A stretch of 64,000 nt of DNA from assembly GCA_964561785.1 (NCBI GenBank), contig CAZLRF010000001.1:77201-141200 (forward strand), in the 5' to 3' direction. Positions 1 to 9,229 of this stretch are shown here, one piece after another. Origin of the DNA: an uncultured Acidobacteriota bacterium (lineage in GTDB: Bacteria > Acidobacteriota > Vicinamibacteria > Fen-336). The position numbers were made by a program, and so were the translations under genes. Position 1 is the stretch's first letter. Each line of letters begins with the position of its first letter. The notes below the pieces were generated by a model that was not told the origin of the DNA, made no database searches, and worked only from the letters and a program-made list of their open reading frames with translations.

Positions 1-156
1 GCGCGCGGCACGCCTCGTCGATCGCGACGTACGCCTCCTCCGCCGCGCGCTCGGGCGCGAGCGTCCCGCTCGCGTCCGTCCACGTCAGCAGCACGAGCTC
101 CCCGCCCGCCACGCTCGTCCTCGCCCTCTCGTCCACGCCGGCTTCGCTCGCCATGG
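1..156 (-). CDS. partial hypothetical protein (N-terminal 52 codons; gene runs off the window edge)
   Basis: Reverse strand reads ATG at 154-156 then MPMASEAGVDERARTSVAGGELVLLTWTDASG... open to position 1. No family recognised. It is divergent from the DAHP synthase gene. Confidence 0.25.
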
Positions 157-329
157 GCATTCGTGTGGACCCTCTCCCGGAAGCAACGGCGCTCAGCGTG
201 CCCGTGCGCACCGCGCGCGGTCAATGGGATCTTTGCATCAACGCAACGTGCGTTTCGCTCAATATCGACGAGGGTGGCACGCATGTGGCGACGTACGAAG
301 TATTACGCGTCGCCCGTAGAACCTTTTCG

Positions 330-359
330 TTGACGGCCTTTCCCGGCGGCGCTTAGCAT
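330..359 (+). promoter_or_regulatory. putative sigma70-like promoter (TTGACG, 18 nt spacer, TAGCAT) for the DAHP synthase gene
   Basis: TTGACG at 330-335 and TAGCAT at 354-359 lie in a locally AT-richer island (about 200-360). This is unusual for this GC-rich window. A 7-bp-stem hairpin (CGACCGG...CCGGTCG) sits in the ~47 nt leader. Confidence 0.35.
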
Positions 360-406
360 GCGCCTCGACCGGCGGGTCCGACCGGTCGTGCGTTCGACAC
401 CGTGGA

Positions 407-1234
407 GTGCCCATGAGCAGCGTGCGAGCCGTGACGGTCCGTGACTGTACGTTCGGCGGAGCCGAGGTGGTCGTGATGGCCGGGCCGTGCGCGGTCGAGT
501 CGCGGGGGCAGATCTTCGAGGCGGCCGAGGTCGTGGCCGCCTCCGGCGCGCGCTTCCTCCGCGGGGGGGCCTTCAAGGTGCGCAGCGCCCCGACCGCGTT
601 CCAGGGGCTCGGGTGGGACGGTTGGAAGCTCCTGCGCGAGGCGGCGGACGCTCACGGCCTGCTCACGGTGAGCGAGATCCTCTCCGAGGAGCAGATCGAC
701 GAGGGCCGCCGCTACGTGGACTTCGCGCAGATCGGCAGCCGGAACATGCAGAACATCCCGCTGCTCAAGGCGCTCGGCCGGTCGCGGATGCCGGTCATGC
801 TCAAGCGGGGCTTCGGCTGCACGATCGACGAGTGGATCCACGCCGCCGAGTACGTCCTGCGGGAGGGCAACCCCGACGTCGTGATGTGCGAGCGAGGCAT
901 TCGCACGTTCGAGACGGCCACGCGCTTCACCCTCGACGTCGCCGCGGTCCCGATCGCGAAGGCGCGGCTCGGCCTCCCGGTGATCGTGGACCCCTCGCAC
1001 GCGGCCGGCCACCGCGAGTGGGTGGAGTGCCTGACGCTGTCGGGCATCGCCTGCGGCGGCGACGGGCTGCTGGTCGAGACGCACCCCGAGCCGTCGAAGG
1101 CGCTGTCCGACGGTCCCCAGGCCGTGCCGCTCTCGGACTTTCCGGCCCTGATGGAGAAGGCGCGCCGCGTGGCCCACGCGGTGGGCCGCTCGGTGCGCGA
1201 GGTGCCCGCGGGGGCGGTCGCCGCCGCCTGCTAG
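407..1234 (+). CDS. 3-deoxy-7-phosphoheptulonate (DAHP) synthase, class I-beta (Bacillus/Thermotoga AroA(G) type)
   Basis: Matches DAHP synthase I-beta along its length: AGPCAVES, LRGGAFKxRSAP, QIGSRNMQN, LKRG, CERGIRTFETATR, VDPSHAAG, GLLVETHP. The probable true start is ATG 413, 5-6 nt after GGAG; the track ORF starts at GTG 407. Confidence 0.85.
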   Translation: MPMSSVRAVTVRDCTFGGAEVVVMAGPCAVESRGQIFEAAEVVAASGARFLRGGAFKVRSAPTAFQGLGWDGWKLLREAADAHGLLTVSEILSEEQIDEGRRYVDFAQIGSRNMQNIPLLKALGRSRMPVMLKRGFGCTIDEWIHAAEYVLREGNPDVVMCERGIRTFETATRFTLDVAAVPIAKARLGLPVIVDPSHAAGHREWVECLTLSGIACGGDGLLVETHPEPSKALSDGPQAVPLSDFPALMEKARRVAHAVGRSVREVPAGAVAAAC

Positions 1235-1237
1235 CGC

Positions 1238-2407
1238 TCAGGGCCGGCCCGCCGCCTCCTTGCGCGCCCTCTCCGCGTCCTCGCGGGCCTGCTGCTCGCG
1301 CTTCAACCGCTGCACGATCGCCTGGTGGCGGTCGCCGTCCTCCCGTCGTCCCAGGCGGTAGTACACCATGGCGAGCGAGACGTGGGCTTCCGAGAAGGCC
1401 GGCTCGTCCCCGACGAGCCGCTCGAGCGTCGCCCGGGCCGCCTCGAGGTCCCCCTTCGCGATCTGGACGAGGGCGACCTGGTAGCGCACGCCCGGGTCCC
1501 CGGGCCGCAGGGCGCCCGCCCGCTCGAGGTGCGACATCGCCTCGTCGTTCCGGCCGTCCTGGCGCAGGAGCAGGCCGAGCAGGAGGTGGGAGTCGAAGTG
1601 GTTGGGGTTCACCTCGATCTCGCGGCGCAGGAACTCGGCGGCGGCCGTGCCCTCCCCCATCCGTACGAGGACCTCGCCGAGGATCCCGTTGGCGGTGGGC
1701 AGGCGGGGGTCGATCTCGAGTGCGCGCCGCAGCTCCTTCTCCGCCGCGATGTCGTCGTTCGCCTCGCGGCTCGCGATCGCGAGCAGCAGGTGCGACTGCG
1801 CGGAGTCGCCCCGGCGCAGGATGCGGTCGATCACGGCCTGGCCGCGCTCGTACTGCCGGTCGCGCACGAGCGCGGTCCCGATCATGTAGAGGACCGCCTG
1901 GTTCTCCGGGTCCTTCTCGAGGACGGGGTCGAGCAGAGCGATCACCGCCTTCCACTCCCCGAGGAGGAGCCGGCAGTCGGCGAGAAGGAGCGTCGCGGTG
2001 GGATGGGACGGCTCCTCCTCGAGCACGGCCTCGAGCTCGGCGGCCGCCTCGCGGAAGCGGCTCGCCTTGTAGAGAGCGACCGCGAGGTTGTTCCGCGTGG
2101 CGACCGCGGCGGGCCGCAGCGCGAGAGCCGAGCGATACTCGCGGATCGCCTCCTCGTAACGTCCCAGCCCGGCGTAGACGACGCCGAGATTCGACCGCGC
2201 CTCCCAGCTCCTCGGGGCGAGCTCGAGGAACAGCCGGTACTGCGCGGCCGCCTCCTCGAGTCGCCCCTCCTTCTGGAGCGCCACCGCGTTGGCGGCGATC
2301 GCCGCCGGGTCGGCGGCCGGCCGGGGGGGCGGCGCCGTGGCCTGGACCGCGAGGACGGCGAGAAGAGCGCGCAGCGGCGTCACGCACCTATTCTGGCGCA
2401 GTATCAT
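1238..2407 (-). CDS. secreted TPR-repeat protein
   Basis: N-terminal signal peptide (LRALLAVLAVQATA) followed by repeated 34-residue TPR-like units (A..Y...L.L.P....A..NLG..Y). Its stop abuts the convergent DAHP synthase stop. Confidence 0.8.
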   Translation of the reverse strand: MILRQNRCVTPLRALLAVLAVQATAPPPRPAADPAAIAANAVALQKEGRLEEAAAQYRLFLELAPRSWEARSNLGVVYAGLGRYEEAIREYRSALALRPAAVATRNNLAVALYKASRFREAAAELEAVLEEEPSHPTATLLLADCRLLLGEWKAVIALLDPVLEKDPENQAVLYMIGTALVRDRQYERGQAVIDRILRRGDSAQSHLLLAIASREANDDIAAEKELRRALEIDPRLPTANGILGEVLVRMGEGTAAAEFLRREIEVNPNHFDSHLLLGLLLRQDGRNDEAMSHLERAGALRPGDPGVRYQVALVQIAKGDLEAARATLERLVGDEPAFSEAHVSLAMVYYRLGRREDGDRHQAIVQRLKREQQAREDAERARKEAAGRP

Positions 2408-2427
2408 GGCCGGTGGAGGCCACCGCG

Positions 2428-4800
2428 ATGCGACAGCCGTCCGCCCTCGTCCTCTCCCTTCTCCCCGCTCTCGCCGCCCTGCCCCATCCCGTCGCCGGCC
2501 AGGAGCCGCCCCTCGACGCGCGCGCGCTCGCCCGGCGGGTCGAGGTGGTGGCGGAGCCGGTGCATCCTTTCCGCTACAACCAGCCGATCCCGGCCCCGAA
2601 CCAGACGAAGCCCCTGCTCGCGCGGCGGCGGGCGTTCTTTCCCGGGGAGCGGGTGACGCTGTCCTTCCGCCTGCCCCCGGGAGCGGCGGTCGCGGGGACG
2701 GTACGGGCGAAGCTCGCGCTGTCTCTGCACGACCTCGACGGGGCGAAGCAGAGAGACCTCGGGGAGACCACGCTCGTGGCCGGTCCGGCGGTCGAGGGGA
2801 CCCTCGCGTTCACGGTGCCCGAGGCGGCGGCCGGGCGCCTCCTCCTCGCCGGACGCTTCACCGCGGAGGACGGCCAGGTCCTCGCGACGCGCAGCAACGT
2901 CGTCCTCGTGACGGGCGAGTACCCGCGCCTCCTGGGAGCGGCGCGCGCCGCCCTTGACGAGGCGCGCGTGAAGCTGGAGAAGGCGGACGCGCTCCTGCGC
3001 GAGGTCAGCCTGCCCTCGACGGAGATGCTGGTCGAGGACGCCGAGATGCGCTGGTCGGATTTCGGCGACCCCGCGCGGGACTGGGCCTTCGTGAAGCGGC
3101 AGCTCGAGACGGCCTCCGAGTACGCGCGGCGCCTCGCCGCCGGCGAGGACCCGTGGAGAGGCCGCACCGGCGCCTTCACCAAGGCCTATCGCTCCGAGGT
3201 GGACGGGACGCTCCAGCCCTACGCGCTCTACGTCCCGCCGTCCTACGACCCGGGAAAGGCGTGGCCGATGATGGTCAGCCTCCACGGGGCGACCTCGAAC
3301 CACCTCCTCAACCGGCGCCGCGTGTTCGGCCTCGGCAACGCCCCCGGCGAGCAGGACTACGACGCGATCCGCAACGAGGTGGCCTTCCCGGACGTCGGGT
3401 TCGTCGTCCTCTCCCCCTACGGCCGCGGCGAGGTCGCCGGATACAACGGCCTCGCCGAGCGCGACGTCCTGCGCGCGATGGACCACGTCGAGCGCGCCTA
3501 CCGGATCGACCCCGACCGGGTCCACCTCACCGGCCTCTCGATGGGCGGCGGGGGGACGTGGCACCTCGGCCTGCGCTACCCCGACCGCTTCGCGTCGATC
3601 GCCCCGGTCTGCGCGGTGGCCGACATGGACATGATGCCGTGGACGGCGGGCTGGGGCGCCCTCGACCGGGAGTGGATGAGCCTCACCGGCTACTCGCGGA
3701 TCGTCGAGAACGCGTCCAACCAGCGGGTCCTCGTCTTCCACGGGGACGAGGACGACGCGGTGACGGTCGCCGCCTCGCGCCGCATGGCGGAGGCGTTCGA
3801 GAAGGCGGGCCTCGCCGCGAACCTCCGCTACTTCGAGCTGCCCGGCGTGACCCACTTCGCCTGGGACTTCGCCTACCGCGACGCCTCGCTCTTCGAGCGG
3901 GTGCGCGAGATCCGCCGCAACCCCTTCCCGCAGCGCGTCGTGTACTCGACGTTCTCCCCCCGCTACAACAAGGCCTACTGGCTGCGCATCGACCGGATCG
4001 AGAAGGGCCTCGCGCTGGCGCGGGTCGAGGGAACGCAGCGGGCGGGCGTCTTCGACCTCGCCGCCACGAACGTCGCCGCGCTCTCGCTGCTCCTGTCCCC
4101 CGAGATCGCCTCCCCGGGGAAGCCGGTCGAGGTGCGCGTGGGAGGCCAGCAGGTCTTCCGGGGGACGCCGAAGGGCGCGGTGCTGAGCCTCGCCCGCTCC
4201 GGCGGAGGCTGGAAGACGACCTCGCCCTTCTCCGGACCGGCCCAGGGGCCGCCGGACCGCGCCGAGGCGGGCATTCGCGCCGGGGGAGGCTTCGCCTCGT
4301 ACGGCCCCCACGTCTACGTCTACGGCACGCTCGGCGACGCGGCGACGACGGCGGCGGCGAAGGCGGGCGCGGAGGCCCTGGCGAGCTGGGGAGAGAACGT
4401 CCGCGCGCGCTGGCGCGTGCTCGCCGACACCGAGGTCACGCCGGAGATCCTGCAGAACAACAACCTCGTGCTCGTCGGCAGTGCGTCGACGAACCGCGTC
4501 CTCGCCGGCCTCGTGGGCCTGCCGATCCACCAGGACGCGGCCGGGACATGGGCGGGGAGGCGCAGGCTCGCCGGCCCCGGCGCGACGTACCGGCTGCTCG
4601 CCCCGAACCCCGGCGTGCCGTCGCACCTCGTCCAGGTCTACGGCGGCAGCACGAAGGCGGCGCTCGAGCGCTTCGCTCCCATCGGCTGGCGGCAGGCGCC
4701 GCCGTTCTCGCAGTTCGCGGACTACGTCGTCGTGGAGGAGGACGGCACGGTCGTGCTCGAGGGCTTCTTCCGGGACGGCTACACGATCCCGGGGCGCTGA
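2428..4800 (+). CDS. secreted alpha/beta-hydrolase (esterase/peptidase S9-like) multidomain protein
   Basis: ATG 2428 is in frame with the long 487..4800 ORF and follows TATCAT by 22 nt. A signal peptide is present. The core hydrolase has HGATSN, the nucleophile elbow GLSMGGGG, and Asp/His motifs (FHGDEDD..., THF). About 790 aa. Confidence 0.75.
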   Translation: MRQPSALVLSLLPALAALPHPVAGQEPPLDARALARRVEVVAEPVHPFRYNQPIPAPNQTKPLLARRRAFFPGERVTLSFRLPPGAAVAGTVRAKLALSLHDLDGAKQRDLGETTLVAGPAVEGTLAFTVPEAAAGRLLLAGRFTAEDGQVLATRSNVVLVTGEYPRLLGAARAALDEARVKLEKADALLREVSLPSTEMLVEDAEMRWSDFGDPARDWAFVKRQLETASEYARRLAAGEDPWRGRTGAFTKAYRSEVDGTLQPYALYVPPSYDPGKAWPMMVSLHGATSNHLLNRRRVFGLGNAPGEQDYDAIRNEVAFPDVGFVVLSPYGRGEVAGYNGLAERDVLRAMDHVERAYRIDPDRVHLTGLSMGGGGTWHLGLRYPDRFASIAPVCAVADMDMMPWTAGWGALDREWMSLTGYSRIVENASNQRVLVFHGDEDDAVTVAASRRMAEAFEKAGLAANLRYFELPGVTHFAWDFAYRDASLFERVREIRRNPFPQRVVYSTFSPRYNKAYWLRIDRIEKGLALARVEGTQRAGVFDLAATNVAALSLLLSPEIASPGKPVEVRVGGQQVFRGTPKGAVLSLARSGGGWKTTSPFSGPAQGPPDRAEAGIRAGGGFASYGPHVYVYGTLGDAATTAAAKAGAEALASWGENVRARWRVLADTEVTPEILQNNNLVLVGSASTNRVLAGLVGLPIHQDAAGTWAGRRRLAGPGATYRLLAPNPGVPSHLVQVYGGSTKAALERFAPIGWRQAPPFSQFADYVVVEEDGTVVLEGFFRDGYTIPGR

Positions 4801-4825
4801 CGTGCGCGCACGAAAGGAGCCGACC

Positions 4826-6055
4826 GTGACGAGACCTTGCAGCCGGCGGCGCTTTCTCGGCCTCGCTGCCGCGGCCCCGCTCGCCGCGGCCTCGGGCTGC
4901 GGGGGAAGGGGAGGCTCCCCCGCCGGGCCCTCGCCCACCCCGACCCCGGCTCCCCCCTCGACGGGGAGCGGCGTCGTGGCCCTGACCGGCGCCCGCGCGT
5001 ACGGCGGCGAGGCCGCCGCGGCCCTGCGCCAGGCCCTCGACCTCCTCGGCGGCGTCGGCTCCCTCGTGCGCGGCAAGAGCGTCGCGGTCAAGGTCAACCT
5101 GACCGGCTGGCCGTTCCGCTCCCTCTTCGGCCGCCCCCCCGGCGAGACCTACGTGACGCACGGCGACACCGCGCTCGCGCTCGCGCAGGTCCTCTTCGAG
5201 AACGGGGCCCGGAGGATCCGCTTCCTCGAGTCGCAGGGCGTGGCCCTGCCGCTCGAGGAGGTCCTCGCCGCGGCGGGCTGGGACGTGCGCGCGCTGCAGG
5301 CGATCGCCGGCGTCGAGTTCGAGAACACCCGCAACCTCGGGAGGCATTCGAGCTACGCGCGCCTCGCCGTCCCCGACGGCGGCCGGCTGTTCTCCCACCT
5401 CGAGGTGAACCGCTCCTACGCGGACACCGACGTCCTCGTCTCGCTGTGCAAGATGAAGGAGCACGCGACCGCGGCGGGGATCACGCTCTCGATGAAGAAC
5501 CTGTTCGGCATCACGCCGAACTCGCTCTACGGGCTGGGGACGCCGGGGGAGAACAACCTCGGGTACCGGGGGCCGATCCACGGCAAGGCGGAGGGATGGA
5601 CGCAGCCGCTTCCGGGCGAGAAGCCGGGCCTGGAGAACGAGGTCGTCGGCGTGCGGGTGCCCCGCGCGATCGTCGACGAGTGCCTCGCCCGGCCGATCCA
5701 CCTCGCGATCGTGGACGGGATCACGACGATCCGCGGGGGCGAGGGCTGGTGGAACGCGGGCATCGCCCCGATCGCGCCGGGCGTGGTCGTCGCCGGCTGG
5801 AGCGCGCTCTCCACCGACGCGGTGTCGGCGGCGGTGATGGGCTTCGACCCCCGCGCGGCGCACTTCACGGCGCCGTTCGAGACCCGAGAGAACCACCTGC
5901 TGCTCGCGGAGCAGGCGGGCCTCGGCACCGCCGACCTCGCGCGCATCGAGGTGCGCGGCCTGAAGGTCGCCGACGTCCGCACGCCGTTCCGCTCGTCCTC
6001 GTTCCGGTGGGAGCCCGTCCTCGCCCTCGGCGGCCCCGGGGGGCCGATCGGCTGA
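4826..6055 (+). CDS. DUF362 domain protein with twin-arginine (TAT) signal
   Basis: GTG 4826 follows the RBS AAAGGAG. The N-terminus has the TAT motif RRRFLGLAAAAPLAAASGC. The rest resembles DUF362 proteins (VKVNL..., LCKMKEH, TIRGGEG). Confidence 0.75.
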   Translation: MTRPCSRRRFLGLAAAAPLAAASGCGGRGGSPAGPSPTPTPAPPSTGSGVVALTGARAYGGEAAAALRQALDLLGGVGSLVRGKSVAVKVNLTGWPFRSLFGRPPGETYVTHGDTALALAQVLFENGARRIRFLESQGVALPLEEVLAAAGWDVRALQAIAGVEFENTRNLGRHSSYARLAVPDGGRLFSHLEVNRSYADTDVLVSLCKMKEHATAAGITLSMKNLFGITPNSLYGLGTPGENNLGYRGPIHGKAEGWTQPLPGEKPGLENEVVGVRVPRAIVDECLARPIHLAIVDGITTIRGGEGWWNAGIAPIAPGVVVAGWSALSTDAVSAAVMGFDPRAAHFTAPFETRENHLLLAEQAGLGTADLARIEVRGLKVADVRTPFRSSSFRWEPVLALGGPGGPIG

Positions 6056-6109
6056 GCCGCGTCCGAAAACGGCTAGTCGGCCGCGCCCCCGCGCCGTAAG
6101 CTTCCGGGC

Positions 6110-7606
6110 ATGGACGCCCTCGCTGCCGCCCTCCCCCCGAGGGCCGCCCTCGACCGGGCCCGCCTCTCGCGCGACCCGCGCTTCGACGGGCGGTTCTTCG
6201 TGGCGGTCACGTCGACCGGCGTCTACTGCCGCCCGATCTGCCCGGCGCCGAGCCCGCGACGGGCCCACGTGCGCTACTACCCCACCGCGGCCGCCGCCGC
6301 CGGCGCGGGCTACCGTCCCTGCCTGCGCTGCCGGCCGGAGGCCGCGCCGGGCACGCCGGCGTGGATCGGCACGTCCGCCGTCGTGAGGCGGGCGCTCGCG
6401 CTCCTGGACGAGGGCGCGCTCGACGAGGGCTCGGTCGAGGCGCTCGCCGCCCGGGTGGGCATCGGGCCCCGCCAGCTCCACCGACTCTTCGTGGCCCACG
6501 TGGGCGCCGCCCCGCTCGCGGTCGCCCAGACCCGCCGACTCCACTTCGCGAAGACGCTGCTCGACGAGACCGACCTCCCGGTCACCCAGGTCGCCTTCGC
6601 CTCCGGCTTCCGGAGCCTGCGCCGCTTCAACGACGCGTTCCGCCGCGCGTTCTCCCGGCCCCCGAGCGCGCTGCGCCGCCTGCGCCGGGCGGGCGCTGCG
6701 CCCGCCCCGGGCGCGGTGGCCCTCCGCCTCGCGTTCCGCCCGCCCTACGACCTCGACGCCGTGCTCGCGTTCCTCGGCGCCCGGGCGATCCCCGGCGTCG
6801 AGCGCATCGAGCAGACCGCCTACGCGCGCACGATCGCGGTCCAGCCCAGGCCCGCGGCCGTGCGCGTCTCACGCGCGCCGGGCCGCAACGAACTGCTCCT
6901 CCGCGTGCACGGGGCACCCCCGACCGCGCTGCTCGCGGTCACGAGCCACGCCCGGCGGGTCTTCGACCTCGGCGCCGACCCCGCCGCGGTCGCCGCCGTG
7001 CTCCGTCGGGACCCCCTCCTCGCCCCCCTCGTGCGACGGCGCCCCGGCCTGCGCATCCCGGGGGCCTGGGAGACGTTCGAGTGCGCGGTGCGCGCGATCC
7101 TCGGCCAGCAGGTGAGCGTGTCTGCCGGCCGCACGCTGGCCGCCCGGCTCGTCGAGCGCGCCGGCGTTCCTCTCGAGCGGCCGATCGACGGTCTCACGCG
7201 CGTCTTCCCGTCGCCGCAGGCGCTCGCGGGCGCGGAGCTCTCGGGCCTCGGCCTCACCGCCGCCCGGGCGCGCACGATCGCGACCCTCGCGCGCGCCGTG
7301 GCCGACGGCCGCCTCGATCTCGGGGGCTCCCCTGACGCCGTCCGCGCCGCCCTCGTCGAGATCTGCGGGGTCGGCGCCTGGACCGCGGAGTACGTCGCGC
7401 TGCGGGCCCTGGGCGAGCCGGACGCGTTCCCGGCCGGAGACCTCGTCCTGCGCCGGGCCGCCGGCGGCGGCCGCGCCCTCGCGGAGCGCAAGCTCGCGGC
7501 GCGCGCCGCGGCGTGGCGACCCTGGCGCGGCTACGCCGCATTCCACCTCTGGGGCGCCGGCGCGCCCCGTCCTCGGCGGCGCTCCGCGCGCCGCGGATCG
7601 GAGTGA
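6110..7606 (+). CDS. alkA: bifunctional Ada-like methylphosphotriester methyltransferase / AraC-type regulator / DNA-3-methyladenine glycosylase II
   Basis: The N-terminal Ada zinc-cysteine motif is present (CRPICPA...CLRCRP). An AraC-type HTH follows (GIGPRQLHRLF, FASGFRSLRRFNDAFRRAF). The C-terminal AlkA HhH-GPD glycosylase domain is present (GVGAWTAEYVALRALGEPDAFP). The architecture matches the mycobacterial alkA fusion. Confidence 0.85.
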   Translation: MDALAAALPPRAALDRARLSRDPRFDGRFFVAVTSTGVYCRPICPAPSPRRAHVRYYPTAAAAAGAGYRPCLRCRPEAAPGTPAWIGTSAVVRRALALLDEGALDEGSVEALAARVGIGPRQLHRLFVAHVGAAPLAVAQTRRLHFAKTLLDETDLPVTQVAFASGFRSLRRFNDAFRRAFSRPPSALRRLRRAGAAPAPGAVALRLAFRPPYDLDAVLAFLGARAIPGVERIEQTAYARTIAVQPRPAAVRVSRAPGRNELLLRVHGAPPTALLAVTSHARRVFDLGADPAAVAAVLRRDPLLAPLVRRRPGLRIPGAWETFECAVRAILGQQVSVSAGRTLAARLVERAGVPLERPIDGLTRVFPSPQALAGAELSGLGLTAARARTIATLARAVADGRLDLGGSPDAVRAALVEICGVGAWTAEYVALRALGEPDAFPAGDLVLRRAAGGGRALAERKLAARAAAWRPWRGYAAFHLWGAGAPRPRRRSARRGSE

Positions 7607-7611
7607 CGACG

Positions 7612-8091
7612 ATGGTGTACGAGGAGATCGACTCGCCGGTCGGTCCGCTGCTCGTGGCCTCGGACGAGGCGGGCCTGCGGCTCGTCCACTTCCAGGCCGC
7701 CCGCCGCCGCGAGCCCGACCCCGCGTGGACGCGCGACGCGTCCGCGTTCGCCGACCTGCGTCGCCAGCTCGCCGAGTACTTCCGGGGCGAGCGGCGGACG
7801 TTCGACGTCCGCCTCGCCCCGGAGGGCACGGCGTTCCAGCGCGACACCTGGCGGGCGCTGGCGTCGATCCCCTACGGCGCCACGATCTCCTACGCCGAGC
7901 TCGCACGGCGCGTCGGCCGTCCCCGGGCGGTTCGGGCCGTGGGCGCCGCGAACGGCGCGAACCCCTTGCCGATCCTCGTCCCCTGCCACCGCGTCATCGG
8001 AGCGGACGGCTCGCTCACCGGCTTCGGCGGCGGCCTCGACACGAAGCGGCGCCTCCTCGAGCTCGAGGGCGCGCTCCTGCCGGCAGGATAG
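7612..8091 (+). CDS. ogt: methylated-DNA--protein-cysteine methyltransferase
   Basis: PCHRVIG active-site motif with surrounding MGMT signature (IPYGATISYAELARRVG, ANGANPLPILVPCHRVIGADGSLTGFGGGL). ATG 7612 lies 5 nt after the alkA stop. Confidence 0.85.
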   Translation: MVYEEIDSPVGPLLVASDEAGLRLVHFQAARRREPDPAWTRDASAFADLRRQLAEYFRGERRTFDVRLAPEGTAFQRDTWRALASIPYGATISYAELARRVGRPRAVRAVGAANGANPLPILVPCHRVIGADGSLTGFGGGLDTKRRLLELEGALLPAG

Positions 8092-8093
8092 CC

Positions 8094-9194
8094 CTACGGC
8101 TTCGACGTCTCGGCCGGCGGCGGGCCGTCCGCGGGCGCGGTCGCGACGACCGGCTCCGGCTCCTGGTGGTAGCTCTCCACGAGCGCGGTGAGGATCGCCG
8201 CGACCAACGGCCCGAGCACGATGCCGATGAAGCCGAACGCGCTCACCCCGCCCATGAGGCTGATGATGAGCACGAGCGTGTTCATCTGCGCCTTGCCGGA
8301 GAGCAGGACCGGCCTCACGACGTTGTCGATGTTGCCGAGGACGAGGACACCCACCGCGGCCAGAACGATCCCCTGGACGAGGGAGCCGGAGAGGGCGAGC
8401 CACACCGCGGCGGGCAGCCAGACGAGCGACGCCCCCACCAGGGGCAGGAGCGCGAGGATCCCCATGATCGATCCCCACAGGGCGGCCCCCCTGATCCCGA
8501 GGAGCCCGAACGTGACGCCCCCGATCAGCCCCTGCAGGATGGCGATCGCGAGCGTCGCGGTCACGCTCGCCGAGATGAGCTCGCGCCCGAGCGAGAGGAG
8601 CCGCTCGTTCTGCTCCTTCCCGAACGGCAGGACGCGAGAGAGCGCCCCCGAGAAGGCCTCGGCGTCGCGGAGGAGGAAGAACAGGAGCCCGAGGGTGATC
8701 ACGAGCGAGAAGAGGAACGACAGCGCACCCCTGACCAGCCCCCCCGCCTGCCGCGAGAGGAACTCGGCCACGAGGCCGACGCTCGCGGTGATCTTCGCGA
8801 TCATCTCCTGCTCGGTGGGAAGGAACGGGGCCCGGGCCCGGGCCCACTCCCACGCCCGGTGGAGCCAGGCCGACGCCCCGCCCTCGCTGCGGAGCTGGGC
8901 CTCGAGATAGGCGGCCGCCGGCCGGCCCTCGGAGACGAGCGCGGTCCCGACGAAGGCGACCGGGATCACGAGCAGGACGACCACCGCCACGGTGAGCAGC
9001 GCCGCCGTGCGCGTCCGCCCGAGGCGCGGCTCGAGCCGCACCCGGGCCGGGTCGAGGCAGATCGCGAGCACGACCGCCCAGCCGATCTCCACCACGAACG
9101 GCTCGACGATGCGCCAGGCGAGCCATCCGATCAGCAGGACGGTCCCGTAGAACACCAGCTGCGACACCCGCTCGGCTTCGTGCTTTCGCGCCAT
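8094..9194 (-). CDS. AI-2E family transporter (PerM/YhhT-like permease)
   Basis: Only the C-terminal ~367 aa of the 631-aa track ORF resemble AI-2E permeases. They have multiple TM helices and the LLPLVGASLVWLP...GNIDNVVRP pattern. ATG at 9192-9194; the upstream extension is GC noise. Confidence 0.8.
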   Translation of the reverse strand: MARKHEAERVSQLVFYGTVLLIGWLAWRIVEPFVVEIGWAVVLAICLDPARVRLEPRLGRTRTAALLTVAVVVLLVIPVAFVGTALVSEGRPAAAYLEAQLRSEGGASAWLHRAWEWARARAPFLPTEQEMIAKITASVGLVAEFLSRQAGGLVRGALSFLFSLVITLGLLFFLLRDAEAFSGALSRVLPFGKEQNERLLSLGRELISASVTATLAIAILQGLIGGVTFGLLGIRGAALWGSIMGILALLPLVGASLVWLPAAVWLALSGSLVQGIVLAAVGVLVLGNIDNVVRPVLLSGKAQMNTLVLIISLMGGVSAFGFIGIVLGPLVAAILTALVESYHQEPEPVVATAPADGPPPAETSKP

Positions 9195-9229
9195 CCGCTC
9201 CCCCGGGAGAATGCGGGCCTCGCCCGCCC

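Noticed and set aside
487-4800. 1437-aa ORF spanning the DAHP synthase, TPR and hydrolase region
   Set aside because: Only the last ~790 codons (from ATG 2428, with a signal peptide) look like a protein. The upstream part is Arg/Pro/Gly low-complexity translation typical of off-frame reading in 70% GC DNA, and it overlaps two well-supported genes.
2404-5097. 897-aa minus-strand ORF antisense to the alpha/beta-hydrolase
   Set aside because: Composition is dominated by R/G/P/A/E with no recognisable family. It sits antisense to a gene with clear family motifs.
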